Of a stretch of 64,000 bases of DNA, positions 14,601 through 30,669 are shown piece after piece. The notes under the pieces were generated by a model. That model did not search any database and had not been told where the DNA came from. It saw nothing but the letters and a program-made list of their open reading frames with translations. The first letter of the stretch is position 1; every line of letters begins with the position of its first letter. This DNA is from the human T2T-CHM13v2.0 reference genome, Homo sapiens. The stretch lies in the NCBI RefSeq assembly GCF_009914755.1, contig NC_060938.1. The stretch is one strand, 5' to 3'. A program made the translations under genes and the position numbers.

Positions 14601-17600
14601 GGTATTTCCTTTTCCACCATAGATAGCAAAGGGCTCCAAATATCCATTTGCAGATTCTGCAAAATGAGAGATTCAAAACTGCTCAATCAAAAGATAGGTT
14701 CAACTCTGTGAGTTGAATGCACACATAACAAAGAAGTTTCTCACAATATTTCTGCGTAGTTTTTAAGTGAAGATATTTTCTTTTCCAAAATAGACCTCAA
14801 AGCCCTGCAAATATCAACTTCCAGATTCTACAAAAGTGGTGTTTCAAAACTGCTCAATCAAAAGAAAGTTTCAACTCTGTGAGATGAATGTACACATCAC
14901 AAAGAAGTTTCTCAGAATGCTTCTGTGTAGTTTTTATTTGAAGATATTTCCTTTTCCACCATAGGCCTCAAAGGGCTCCCAATATCCACTTCCAGATTCT
15001 ACAAAAAGAGTGTTTCAAAACTGAACCATCAAAAGAAAGGTTTAACACTATGAGATGAATGCACACATCACAAAGATGTATCTCAGAATGCTTCTGTCTA
15101 GTTTTTATGTGAAGATATTTGCTTTTCCACAGTAGGTCTCAAAGCACTCCAAATATCCACTTGCAGATTCTAAAAAAAGAGAGATTCTAAACTACTCCAT
15201 CAAAAGATAGGTTCAGCTCTGTGAGTTGAATTCACACATCACAAAGAAGTTTCTCAGAGTGCTTCTGTGTTGTTTTTATGTGAAGATATTTCCTTTTCCA
15301 CAGTAGACCTCAAATCGCTCTAAGTATCCACTTGCAGATTCTACAAAAAGAGTGTTTCCAAACTGCTCAATCATAAGATAGGTTCAACTCTGAGAGTTGA
15401 ATGCACACATCCCACAGAAGTTTCTCAGAATGCTTCTGTGTAGTTTTAATTTGAAGATATTTCCTTTTCCAAAACAGGCCTCAAAGCTCTCCAAATATCC
15501 ACTTGGTGATTCTGCAAAAAGAAGATTTCAATAGTACTCAATAAAAAGAAAGATTCAACTCTGTGTGAGGAATGCATTCATCACAAAGAAGTCTCTCTGA
15601 ATGCTTCTGTGTAGTTTTTATATGAACATATTTACTTCTACACCACAGGGTGCAAAGAGCTCCAAACTTCCACTTGCAGATTCTACAAAAAGAGATATTC
15701 AAAACTGTACAATGAAAAGATAGTTTCAATTCTGCATGTTCAATGCACACATCACAAAGAACTTTCTCTGAATGCTTCTGTGTAGTGTTTGTTTATGTGA
15801 AGATATCTGCTTTTCCACTATAGGGTGAAATAGGGCTCCAAATATCCACGTGCAGATTTTGCAAAAAGGAGATTCAAAGCATCTCAATCAAAAGATAACT
15901 TCAACTATGTGAGTTGAATGCACACAAAACAAAGAAGTTTCTCAGAATGCCTCTGTGTAGTTTTTATGTGAAGATATTTGATTTTCCACATTAGGCCTCA
16001 AAGCGCTCCAAATATCCACTTGCAGATTCTACAAAAAGAGTGTTTCAAAACTGCTCAATCAAAAGAAACGTCCAACACTGTGAGATGAATGCACACATCA
16101 CGCAGAAGTTTCTCAGAATGCTTCTGTGTAGTTTTTATGTGAAGATATTTGCTTTTCCACGAAGCCCTCAAAGCGCACCAAATATCCACTTGCAGTTTCT
16201 ATAAAATGAGTGTTTCAAGACTGCTCAGTCATTAGATACGTTCAACCCTGTGAGAAGAATGCACACATCACCAATAAATTTTTCAGAATGCTTCTATGTA
16301 GTTTTTATTTGAAGGTATTTCCTTTTCCACCAAAGGTAGCAAAGGGCTCCAAATATCCACTTGCTGATTATACAAAAAAAAATATTTTAAACTGCTCAAT
16401 CAAAAGATAGGTTCAACTCTGTGAGTTGAATGCACACATCACAAAGTAGTTTCTCAGAATGCTTCTGTTTAATTCTTATGTGAAGATACTTGCTTTTTTA
16501 TAGTAAGCCTCAAAGGGCTTCAAATGTCCACTTGCAGATTCTGCAAAAGGAGAGTTTCAAATCTCCTCATTCAAAAGATAAGTTCAACTCTGTGAGTTGA
16601 ATGCACACATCACAAAATAGTTTTTCAGAATCCTTTTGTGTAGTTCTTATGTGAAGATATTTGATTTTCCACAGTAGACCTCAAAGTGCTCCAAATATCT
16701 ACTTTCAGAATCTACAAGAAGAGAGATTCAAAACTGCTCCATCAAAAGATAGGTTCACCTCCGTGACTTGAATGCACACATCACAAAGATGTTTCTCAGA
16801 ATGCTTCTGTGTAGTTTTTATATGAAAATATCTCCTTCTCCAAAATAAGCCTCAAAGCCCTCCAAATATTCACTTGCAGATTCTACGAAAAGAGTCTTTC
16901 AAAACTACTCAATCCAAAGAAAGGTTCAAGTCTGTGTGATGAAGGCACTCATCACAAAGAAGTTTCTCTGAATGCTTCTGTGTATTTTGTATTTGAAGAT
17001 ATTTCCTTTTCCACCATAGGGCTCATAGGGCTCCAAATATCCACTTGCAGATTCTACATAAAGATTCTAAACTGCTCAATCAAAAGATAGTTTCAACTCT
17101 GAGTTGAATGCACACATCAAAAAGAAGTTTCTCAGAATGCTTCTGTGTAGATTTATGGGAAGATATTTCAATTTCCACAATAGGCTCCAAATCGCTCCAA
17201 ATATCCACTTGCACATTCTACAAAAAGAGTGTTTCAAAACTGCTCAATCAAAGGAAACCTTCAACACTTTAGATGAATGCACACATCACAAAGAAGTTTC
17301 TCTGAAAGTTTCTGTGTAGTTTTTAGAAAAGATATTTTCTTTTCCACCATAGGCCTCAAAGCTCTCCAAGTATCCACTTGCAGATTGTACATAAAGATTG
17401 TTTCAAAACTGCTCAATCAAAAGAAAGTTTCAACTCTGTGAGATGAATGCACACATGACAAAGAAATTTCTCTGAATGCTTCTGTTTAGTTTTTATCTGA
17501 AGATATTTCCTTTTCCACCATAGGACACAAAGCGCTCCAAATATCTACTTGCAGATTCTACAAAAACTGTGATTCCAAACTGCTCATCAAAAGAAATATT

Positions 17601-20600
17601 CAACTCTCTGAGATGAAAGCACACATCAATAAGAAGTTTCTCAGAATGCTTCTGAGTAGCTTTTATGTGAAGATATTTATTTTTCCACAGAAGGTTGTAA
17701 AGGGATCCAGATATCCACTTGCAGATCCTACAAAAAGGGAGTTTCAAAACTGCTCCACCAAAAGACAGCTGCAACTCTGTCAGTTGAATGCACACATTAC
17801 AAAGAAGTTTCTCAGAATGCTACTGTGTAGTTTTTATGTGAAGATATTGCCTTTTCCACAACAGGACTCAAAGCACTCCAAACATCCACTTGCAGATTCT
17901 ACAAAAAATGTGTTTCTAAACTGCTCTATCAAGAGACTAGTTCAACACTGTGAGTTGAATGCAAACATCACAAAAAAGTTCGTCAGAATGCTTCTAGGTA
18001 GTGTTTATGTGAAGATATTTTTTCCACCTTAGGCCACAAAGGGCTTCAAATATCCACTTGAAGATTCTACAAAAAGAGAGTTTCAAAACTGCTGTATCAA
18101 AAGATAGGATCAACACTGTGATTTGAATGCACACATCACAAAAAAATTTCTCAGAATGCTTCTGTGTAATTTTTATGTGAAGATATTTCCTTTTCCACCA
18201 TCGCCCACAAAGGGCTCCAAATATTCACTTGCGGATTCTACAAAAAGAGAGTTTCAAAACTGCTCTATCTAAAGATGGGTTCAACTCTGTGAGTTCAATT
18301 CACACATCAATAAGAAGATTCTCGGAATGCTTCTGTGTCGTTTTTAGGGGAAGATATTTCCTTTTCCAACATAGGCCTCAAAGCACTCTAAATATCCACT
18401 TACAGATTCTACAAAAAGTGTGTTTCCAAACTGCCCAATCAAAAGAAAGATTCAACACTGTGAGATGAATGTACATATCACAAAAAAGTTTCTGAGAATT
18501 CTTCTGCGTAGATTTTTTGTGAAGACATTTCCTTTTCCACTATAGGCCTCAAAGCGCTCAAAATACCCACTTGCAGATTCTACAAAAACAGTGTTTCAAA
18601 ATTGCTCAATCAAAAGAAAGGTTCAACTCTGTGAGATGAATGCACACATCACAAAGCACTTTCTGAGAATGCTTCTGAGTAGTTTTTATGTGAATATATT
18701 TCCTTTTCCACCATAGGCCGCAAAGAGCTCCAAATATCCACTTGCAAACTCCAAAAAAATAGAGTTTCAAAACTGCTCTAACAGAAGATAGGTTTAACTC
18801 TGTTAGTTGAATGCACACATCACAAAGAATTTTCTGAGAAGGCTATTGTGCAGTTTTTATTTGAAGGCATTTCAATCTCCACCATAGCCCTCAAAGTGCT
18901 CCAAATATACACTTATAGATTCTGCAAAAAGACTGTTTCCAAACTTCTGAATAAAAGACAGGTTCAACACTGTGAGATCAAAGCACACAACAGAAAGAAG
19001 ATTCTCTGAATGCTTCTCTGTAGATTTAATGTGAAGATATTTCCTTTTCAACATTAGGCCTTTAAGCCCTCCAAATATCCACTTGCAGATTCTACAAAAA
19101 GAGTTTTTCAAAACTGCTCATTCAAATGAAATTTTCCACTCTGTGAGACGAATGCACACATCACAAACAAGTTTCTCAGAATGATACTGTGTAGTTTTTA
19201 TGTGAAGATAATTCCTTTTCCTTTTCCACCATAAGCCTCTAAGGGCTCCAAATATCCACTCGCAGATTCTACAAAAAGAGAGTTTCAAAACTGCTCTATC
19301 AAAAGATAGGTTCATTTCTGTGAGAAGAACGCACATATCACGAAGAAGTTTCTCAGAATGCTTCTGTGTAGTTTTCATGTGAAGATAGTTCCTTTTCCAC
19401 CATAGGCCTCAATGCGCTCCCAATATCCACTTGCAGATTCTGCAAAAAGAGTGTTTCAAAACCGCTGTATCAAATGAAAGGTTCAACTATGTGAGATAAG
19501 TGCACACATCACAAATTAGTTTCTCAGAATGCTTCTATGTAGTTTTTATGTGAAGATATTTCCTTTTCCACAATAGGCCACAAAGTGCTCCAAATATCGA
19601 CTTGCAGATTCCACAAAAAGAGAGTTTCAAAACTGCTCTATCAAAAGATATGTTCAACTCTGTGTGTTGAATGCAAACATCACAAAGAACTTCTCAGAAT
19701 TCTTCTGTGTAGTTTTTATGTTAAGATATTTCCTTTTCCACCATTGGCCTCAAAGTGCTCCAAATATCCACTTGCAGATTCTACAGAAAGAGTGTTTCAA
19801 AACTGCTTAATTCAAAGAAAGGTTCAAGTCCATGAGGTGAATTCACACTTCACACAGGAGTTTCTCAAAATGCTTCTGTGTAGTTTTTATGTGAAGATGT
19901 TTCCTTTTCCACAATAGGCCTAAAATAGCTCGAAATATCCACTTGCAGATACTAGTAAAAGAATGTTTCCAAACTGCACAAACAAATGAAATGTTCAACA
20001 CTATGATATGAATGCACACATCACAAAGAAGTTTCTCAGAATGCTTCTGTGTACTTTTTATGTTAAGATATTTCCTTTTCCACCACAGGCTGCGAAGGGC
20101 TCCAAATATCCATTTGCAGATTCTACAAAAAGAGAGTTTCAAAACTGCTTTATCAAAAGATAGGTTCAACTCTGTGAGATGAATGCACACATCACAAAGA
20201 AGTTTCTCAGAATGCTTCTGTATATTTTTTATGTTAAGATATTTCCTTTTCCACAATAGGCCACAAAGGAATCCAAATATCCCCTTCAAATTCTACAAAA
20301 AGAGAGTTTCAAAACTGCTCTATCAAAAAATATGTTCAACTCTGAGAGTTGAATGCACACATCACAAAGAACTTTCTTAGAATGCTTTGCATAGTTTTTA
20401 TGTGAAGATATTACCTTTTCCACCGTAGGCCACAAAGCACTCTGAATATCCACTTGCAGATTCTACAGAAAGAGTGTTTCAAAACTGCTTAATTCAAAGA
20501 AAGGTTCAACTCTGTTAAGTGAATGCACACATCACAATGAAGTTTCTCAGAACGCTTTTGCATAGTTTTTATGTGAACATATTTCCTTTTCCATAATAGG

Positions 20601-23600
20601 CCCCAAGGGCTTCAAATATCTACTTGCAGATTCTACTAAAAGAGTGTTTGCAAACTGCTAAATCAAATGAAAGGTTCAACTCTCTACATACATGCACATA
20701 ACACAAAGAAGTTTCTGAGAATGTTTCTATGTAGTTTTTATGGGAAGATATTTCCTTTTCCAAAATAGGCCTCAAAGTGCTGCAAATACCCACTTGCAGA
20801 TTTTACAAAAAGAGTGTTTCAAAGCTGCTCAATCACATCTAATGTTCAACTCTGTGAGATGAATGCACACATCAAAAAGAAGTTTCTCAGAATGCTTCTG
20901 TGTAGTTTTTATGTGAAGGTATTTCCTTTTCCACAATAGGCCTCAAAGCGCTCCATATATCCACTTGTAGATTTTACAAAAAGAGGGTGTACAAACTGCT
21001 CAAAAGATGGAAGGGTTCAAATCTGTGAGATGAATGCACACATCACAAACAAGTTTCTCAGAATGATACTGTGTAGTTTTTATGTGAAGATAATTCCTTT
21101 TCCACCATAGGCCGCTAAGGGCTCCAAATATCCAGTCGCAGATTCTACAGAAAGAGAGTTTCAAAACTGCTCTATGAAAAGATAGGTTCATCTCTGTGAG
21201 ATGAATGCACACATCACAAAGAAGTTTCTCAGAATGCTTCTGTGTAGTTTTTATGTGAAGATAGTTCCTTTTCCACCATAAGGCTCAATGCGTTCCCAAT
21301 ATCCACTTGTAGATTCTGTAAAAAAAGTGTTTCAAAACCGCTCTATCAAATGAAAGGTTCAACTCTGTGAGATGAGTGGACACATCACAAAGAAGTTTCT
21401 CAGAAGGCTTCTGTGTAGTTTTTATGTGAAGATATTTCGTTTTCCACCGTAGGCTGCAAAGGACTCCAAATATCCACTTGCAGATTCTACAAAAAGAAAT
21501 TTTCAAAACTGCTATATGTAAAAGATATCTTCAATTCTGTGAGACGTATGCACACATAACAGAGAACTTTCTCAGAATGCTTATGTGTAGTTTTTATGTG
21601 AAGATATTTCCTTTTCCACCACAGGCCTCAAAGCCCTCCAAATATCTACTTCCAGATTATACAAAAGGAGAGTTCTAAACCTGCTCTGTGAAAAGATAAG
21701 TTCAACTCTGTGAGCTGAATGCACACATCACAAAGAAGTTTTTCAGAATGCTTCTATGTAGTTTTGATGTGAAAATATTTCCTTTTCCTACCTAGGCTGC
21801 AAAGGGCTCCAAATATCCACTTGCAGATTCTACAAAGAGAGAGTTTGAAAACTGCTCTATCAAAAGAAAAGTTCATCTCTGTGAGTTGAATGCACACATC
21901 ACAAAGAAGTTTCTCAGAATGATTCTGTGTAGTTTTTATGTGAAGATATTTGCTTTTCCTACGTAGGATGCAAAAGGCTCCAAATATCCACTTGCAGATC
22001 CTACAAAAAGAGAGTTTCAAAACTACTTTATCAAAGGACAGGCTCAACTCTGTGAGGTGAATGCACACATCACAAAGAAATTTCTCAGAATATTTCTGTG
22101 TAGTTTTTATGTGAAGAAATTTCCTTTCCCACATAGGCTCCAAATCGATCAAAATAACTACTTGCAGATTCTACAAAAAGAGTGTTTCCAAACTGCTAAA
22201 TCCAAAGAAAGGTTCAAATCGGTGAGTTGAATGTACACCTCACAAGGAAGTTTCTCAGAATGCCTCTGTGTAGTTTTCATGGGAAGATATGTCCTTTTCC
22301 ACGATAGGCCTCAAGCCCTCCATATATCCATTTGCAGATTCCACAAAAAGAGTGTTTCCAAACTTCTCAATTGAAAGAGAGGTTCAACTCCATGAGATGA
22401 ATGCATACATCACAAAAAAGTTTCTCAGAATGCTTCTGTGAAGTTTTTATAAGAAGATATTTAGTTTTCCACAATAGCCTGCAAAGGTTTCCAAATATGC
22501 ACTTGCTGATTCTACAAAAAGAGATTTTCAAAACTGCTCTATCAAAAGATAGGTTCAGCTCTATGAGTTGAATGCACACATCACAAAGTAGTTCCTCCGA
22601 ATACTTCTGTGTAGCATTTATGGAAAGATATTTCCTTTTCCACCATAGGATACAAAACGCTCCAAATATCCACTTCCAGATTCTATAAAAAGTGATTTTA
22701 AAAATTGCTGTATCAGAAGATAGGTTCAACTCTTTGCGTTCAATGCACATATCATAAAGAAGTTTCTCAGAATGCTTCTTTGTAGTTTTTATGGGAAGAT
22801 ATTTCCTTTTCCACCATGGGCCTCAAAACGCTCCAAGTATCCACTTGCAGATTCTATGAAAGAGTGTTTCTAAACTGCTCAATCAAAAGAAAGTTTCAAC
22901 TCTGTAAGATGAATGCACACATCACAAAGAAGTTTCTGAGAATGCTTCTGTGTAGGTTTTTTGGGAAGATATTTCCTTTTCCACCATAGGCCTCAAAGTG
23001 ATGCAAATATCCACTTGCAGAGTCTATAAAAAGAGTGTTTCAAAACTGCTCAATCAAAAGACAGGTTCAAGTCTGTAAGATGAATTCACACATCACACAG
23101 GAGTTTCTCAAAATGCTTCTGTGTAGTTTTTATGTGAAGATATTTCCTTTTCCACAATAGGCCTACAAGGGCTCGAAATATCCACTTGCAGATACTAGTA
23201 AAAGAGTGTTTCCAAACTGCACAATCAAAAGAAATGTTAAACACTGTGATGTGAATTCACACATCACAAGGTAGTTTCTCAGAATGCTTCTGTGTAGTTT
23301 TTATGTTAAGATATTTCCTTTTCCACCGTAGGCCACAAAGGAATCCAAATATCCACTTGCAAATTCTACAAAAAGAGAGTTTCAAAACTGCTCTATCAAA
23401 AGATAGGTTCAACTCTGAGAATTGAATGCACACATCACAAAGAACTTTCGTAGAATGCTTTTCTGTAGTTTTTATGTGAAGATATTTCCTTTTCCACAAT
23501 AGGCCTCAAATCGCTCTAAATATCCCCTTGCAGATTCTACAAAAAGAGTGTTTCAAAACTGCCCAGTCAAAAGATAGGTTCAAATCTTAGAGTTGAATGC

Positions 23601-23740
23601 ACACATCACAAAGAACTTTCTTAGAATGCTTCTGCGTAGTTTTTATGTGAAGATATTACCTTTTCCACCATAGGCCACAAAGCACTCCGAATATCCACTT
23701 GCAGATTCTACAGAAAGAGTGTTTCAAAACTGCTCAATCA
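5611..23740 (-). repeat. Alpha satellite sub-layer 'M': monomeric family (SF4/SF6/SF7-like; exact class not determined)
   Basis: Diagnostic switch to AAATATCCAC and GAATGCTTCTGTGTAGTTTTT, with frequent AAAAGATAGGTTC and GAGAGATTC. Confidence 0.75.
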
Positions 23741-24577
23741 AAAGAAAGGTTTAACTCTGTGAGATGAATGCACACATCACAAATAAATTTCCAAGATTGC
23801 TTCTGTCTATATTTTGTGTGATGATATTTCTTTATCCACCATAGGCCTCAAAGCACTCTAAATGTCCACTTGTAGATTCTACAAAAAGAGTGTTTCCAAA
23901 CTGCTCAATCAAAAGTTAGGTTCAACTCTGTGAGATGAATGCACACATCACAAAGATGTTTGTCAGAATGCTTCTGTCTAGTTTTTATGTGAAGATATTT
24001 CCTTTTCTACCATAGGCCTCAAAGCACTCCCAATGTCCACTTGCAGATTCCACAAAAGAGGTTTTCAAAGCTGTTCAATCAAAATAAATGTTCAACTCTC
24101 TGAGATGAATGCACACATCACAAAGAAGTTTGTCAGAATGCGTCTGTCTAGTTCTTATGTGAAGATATTTCCTTTTCCACCAAAGGCATCAAAGCACTCC
24201 AAATGTCCAATCACAGGTATTATCAAAAGGGTGCTTCAAAACTGCTAAATCAAATTAAGGCTCAACTCTGTGATACGAATGCACATATTGCAAAGAAGGT
24301 TGTCAAAATGCTTCTGTCTAGTTTTTATGTGAAGATATTTCCTTTTTACCATAGGCCTAAAAGTGCACAAAATGTCCACTTGCAGATTTTACAAAAAGAG
24401 TGCTTCCAGACTGCTAAATCAAAAGAAAGGTTCAACTCTGTAGGACGAGTACATACATCACAAAGAAGTTTCTTAGAATGCTTCTGTCAAGTTATCATAT
24501 GAAGATATTTTGTTATCCACCATAGGCCTCAAAGCGCTCCAAATGTCCACTTGCAGATTCTACAAAGAGAGTGTTCC
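23741..24577 (-). repeat. Short block (~5 monomers) of a third alpha monomer type 'K' abutting the L1 5' end
   Basis: Return to AAATGTCC and CTGTCTAG, but with GTTTGTCAGAATGC and TTATCCACC variants. Confidence 0.6.
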
Positions 24578-25483
24578 GGGAGAGGAACCAAGATGACTGA
24601 ATAGGAATAGCTCCAGTCCACAGCTCCCGGCATGAGCGACGCAGAAGACGGGTGATTCCTGCTTTTCTATCTGAGGTACCGGGTTCGTCTCACTAGTGAG
24701 TGCCAGACAGTGGGAGCAGGTCAGTGGGTGCACACACCATGCAAGAGCCGAAGCAGGCCAAGGCATTGCCTCACTCGGGAAGCACTAGGGGTCAGGGAGT
24801 TCCCTTTCCTAGTCAAAGAAAGGGTTGACAGACAGCACCTGGAAAATCGGGTCACTCCCACCCGTATACTGTGCTTTTCCCACGGACATAAAAAATTGCA
24901 CATGAGGAGATTATATCCCACACCTGGCTCAGAGGGTCCTACACACATAGAGTCTTGCTGATTGCTAGCACAGCTGTCTGAGATCAAACTACAAGGAGAC
25001 AGCGAGGCTGGGGAAGGGGCACCGCCATTGCCCAAGCTTGCTTAGGTAAACAAAGCAGCCAGGAAGCTGGAACTGGGTGGAGCCCACCACAACTTAAGGA
25101 GGCCTGCCTGCCTCTGTAGGCTCCGCCTCTGGGGACAGGACACAGACAAACAAAAAGACAGCAGTAACCTCTGCATACTTAAATGTCCCTGTCTGACAGC
25201 TTTCAAGAGAGCAGTGGTTCTCCCAGCACGCAGCTGGAGATCTGAGAATGGGCAGACTGCCACCTCAAATGAGGCCCTGACCCCTGAACCCAGAGCAGCC
25301 TAACTGGGAGGCACCACCCAGCAGGGGCAGACTGACACCTCACACGGCCAGGTACTCCAACAGACGTGCAGCTGAGGGTTCTGTTTGTTAGAAGGAAAAC
25401 TAACAAACAGAAAGAACATCCACAACAAAAACCCATCAGTACATCACCATCATCAAAGACCAAAAGTAGATAAAACCACAAAG
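24578..25483 (+). promoter_or_regulatory. L1 5'UTR (internal sense and antisense promoter region), CpG-decayed, YY1 core mutated
   Basis: Matches the recalled primate L1 5'UTR. The YY1 site reads CAAGATGACT (24589-24598) instead of CAAGATGGCC, and many CG>TG/CA changes are visible. Confidence 0.85.
24721..25028 (-). pseudogene. L1 ORF0 remnant (antisense), start codon out of frame
   Basis: The track peptide ..PASLSPCSLISDSCASNQQDSMCVGPSEPGVGYNL..IRVGVTRFSRC matches ORF0. Its ATG (CAT at 25026-25028) is out of frame with this body because of a 1-bp deletion in GGGGCACCGCCAT. Confidence 0.75.
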
Positions 25484-26497
25484 ATGGGGAAAAATCAGAG
25501 CAGAAAAACTGGAAACTCTAAAAAGTAGAGTGCCTCTCCTCCTCCAAAGGAACGCAGTTCCTCATCAGCAATGGAACAAAGCTGGATGGAGAATGACTTT
25601 GACTAGCTGAGAGAAGAAGGCTTCAGATGATCAAACTACTCCGAGCTGCAGAACACTCAAACCAAAGGCAAAGAAGTTGAAAACGTTGAAAAAAATTTAG
25701 AGGGATGTATAACTAGAATAACAAATACAGAGAAGTGCTTAAAGGAGCTGATGGAGCTGAAAGCCAAGGCTCGAGAAGTACATGAAGAATGCAGAAGCCT
25801 CAGGAGCCAATGCGATCAACTGGAAGAAAGGGTATCAGCAATGGAAGATGAAGTGAATGAAATGAAGCGAGATGGGAAGTTTAGAGAAAAAAGAATAAAA
25901 AGAAACGAGCAAAGCCTCCAGGAAATATGGGACTATGAGAAAAGACCAAATCTACGTCTGATTGTTGTACCTGAAAGTGACGGGGAGAATAGAACCAAGT
26001 TGGAAAACACTCTGCCGGTTATTATCCAGGAGAACTTCCCCAATCTAGCGAGGCAGGCCAACATTCAGATTCAGGAAAAACAGAGAATGTCACAAAGATA
26101 CTCCTCGAGATGAGCAACTCCAAGACACATAATTGTCAGATTCACCAAAGTTGAAATGAAGGAAAAAATGTTAAGGGCAGCGAAAGAGAAAGGTCGGGTT
26201 ACCCTCAAAGGAAAGCCCATTAGACTAACAGCAGATCCCTCTGCAGAAACTCTACAAGCCAGAAGAGAGTGGGGACCAATATTCAACATTCTTAAAGAAA
26301 AGAATTTTCAACCCAGAATTTCATATCCAGACAAATTAACTTCATAAGTGAAGGAGAAATAAAATACTTTACAGACAAGCAAATGCTGAGAGATTTTGTC
26401 ACCACCAGGCCTGCCCTAAAAGAGCTCCTGAAGGAAGCACTAAACATGGAGAGGAACAATTGGTACCAGCCCGCTGCAAAATCATACCAAAATGTAA
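25484..26497 (+). pseudogene. L1 ORF1p (RNA-binding chaperone) pseudogene
   Basis: ATG at 25484 (MGKNQSRKTGNSKK), in-frame stops at 25526, 25604, 25628 and 26111, plus indels. Fragments MELKAKARE.. and MKEKMLRAAKEKGRVTLKGKPIRLTAD are ORF1p. Terminal TAA at 26495-26497. Confidence 0.93.
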
Positions 26498-26560
26498 AGA
26501 CCTTCGAGACTAGGAAAAAACTGCATCAACTAACGAGCAAAATAACCAGCTAACATCATG

Positions 26561-30379
<3,819 letters not shown>

Positions 30380-30434
30380 ACAATGAGAACACATGGACAC
30401 AGGAAGGGGAACATCACACTCTGGGTACTGTTGT

Positions 30435-30456
30435 GGGGTGGGGAGAGGGGGGAGGG
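30435..30456 (+). other. G-rich tract of the L1 3'UTR (potential G-quadruplex)
   Basis: GGGGTGGGGAGAGGGGGGAGGG has four G-runs; this is a standard primate L1 3'UTR feature. Confidence 0.6.
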
Positions 30457-30583
30457 ATAGCATTGGGAGATATACCTAATGCTAGATGGTGAGTTAGTGG
30501 GTGCAGCGAACCAGCATGTCACATGTATAGATATGTAACTGACCTGAACATTGTGCACATGTACCCTAAAACTTAAAGTATAA

Positions 30584-30614
<31 letters not shown>

Positions 30615-30617
30615 ATA
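30584..30617 (+). repeat. (TAAA)n microsatellite derived from the L1 poly(A) tail
   Basis: About 8.5 perfect TAAA units directly after ..AAAACTTAAAGTATAA. Confidence 0.92.
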
Positions 30618-30669
30618 CTTCTATGAACATAAAAAAAGAAATAAAACCCAAACTGCTCTTAAAAAAAAA

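Larger units (their letters stand above)
1..24577 (-). repeat. Alpha satellite array, divergent monomeric, ~144 monomers, reverse orientation relative to the usual CATTCTCAGAAACTTCTTTGTGATG consensus
   Basis: Continuous ~171-bp period of the motifs CCACTTGCAGATTCTACAAAAAGAG, TGAATGCACACATCACAAAGAAGTTTCTCAGAATG and GTGAAGATATTTCCTTTTCCACCATAGG. Neighbouring monomers differ substantially and there is no homogeneous HOR. Confidence 0.98.
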
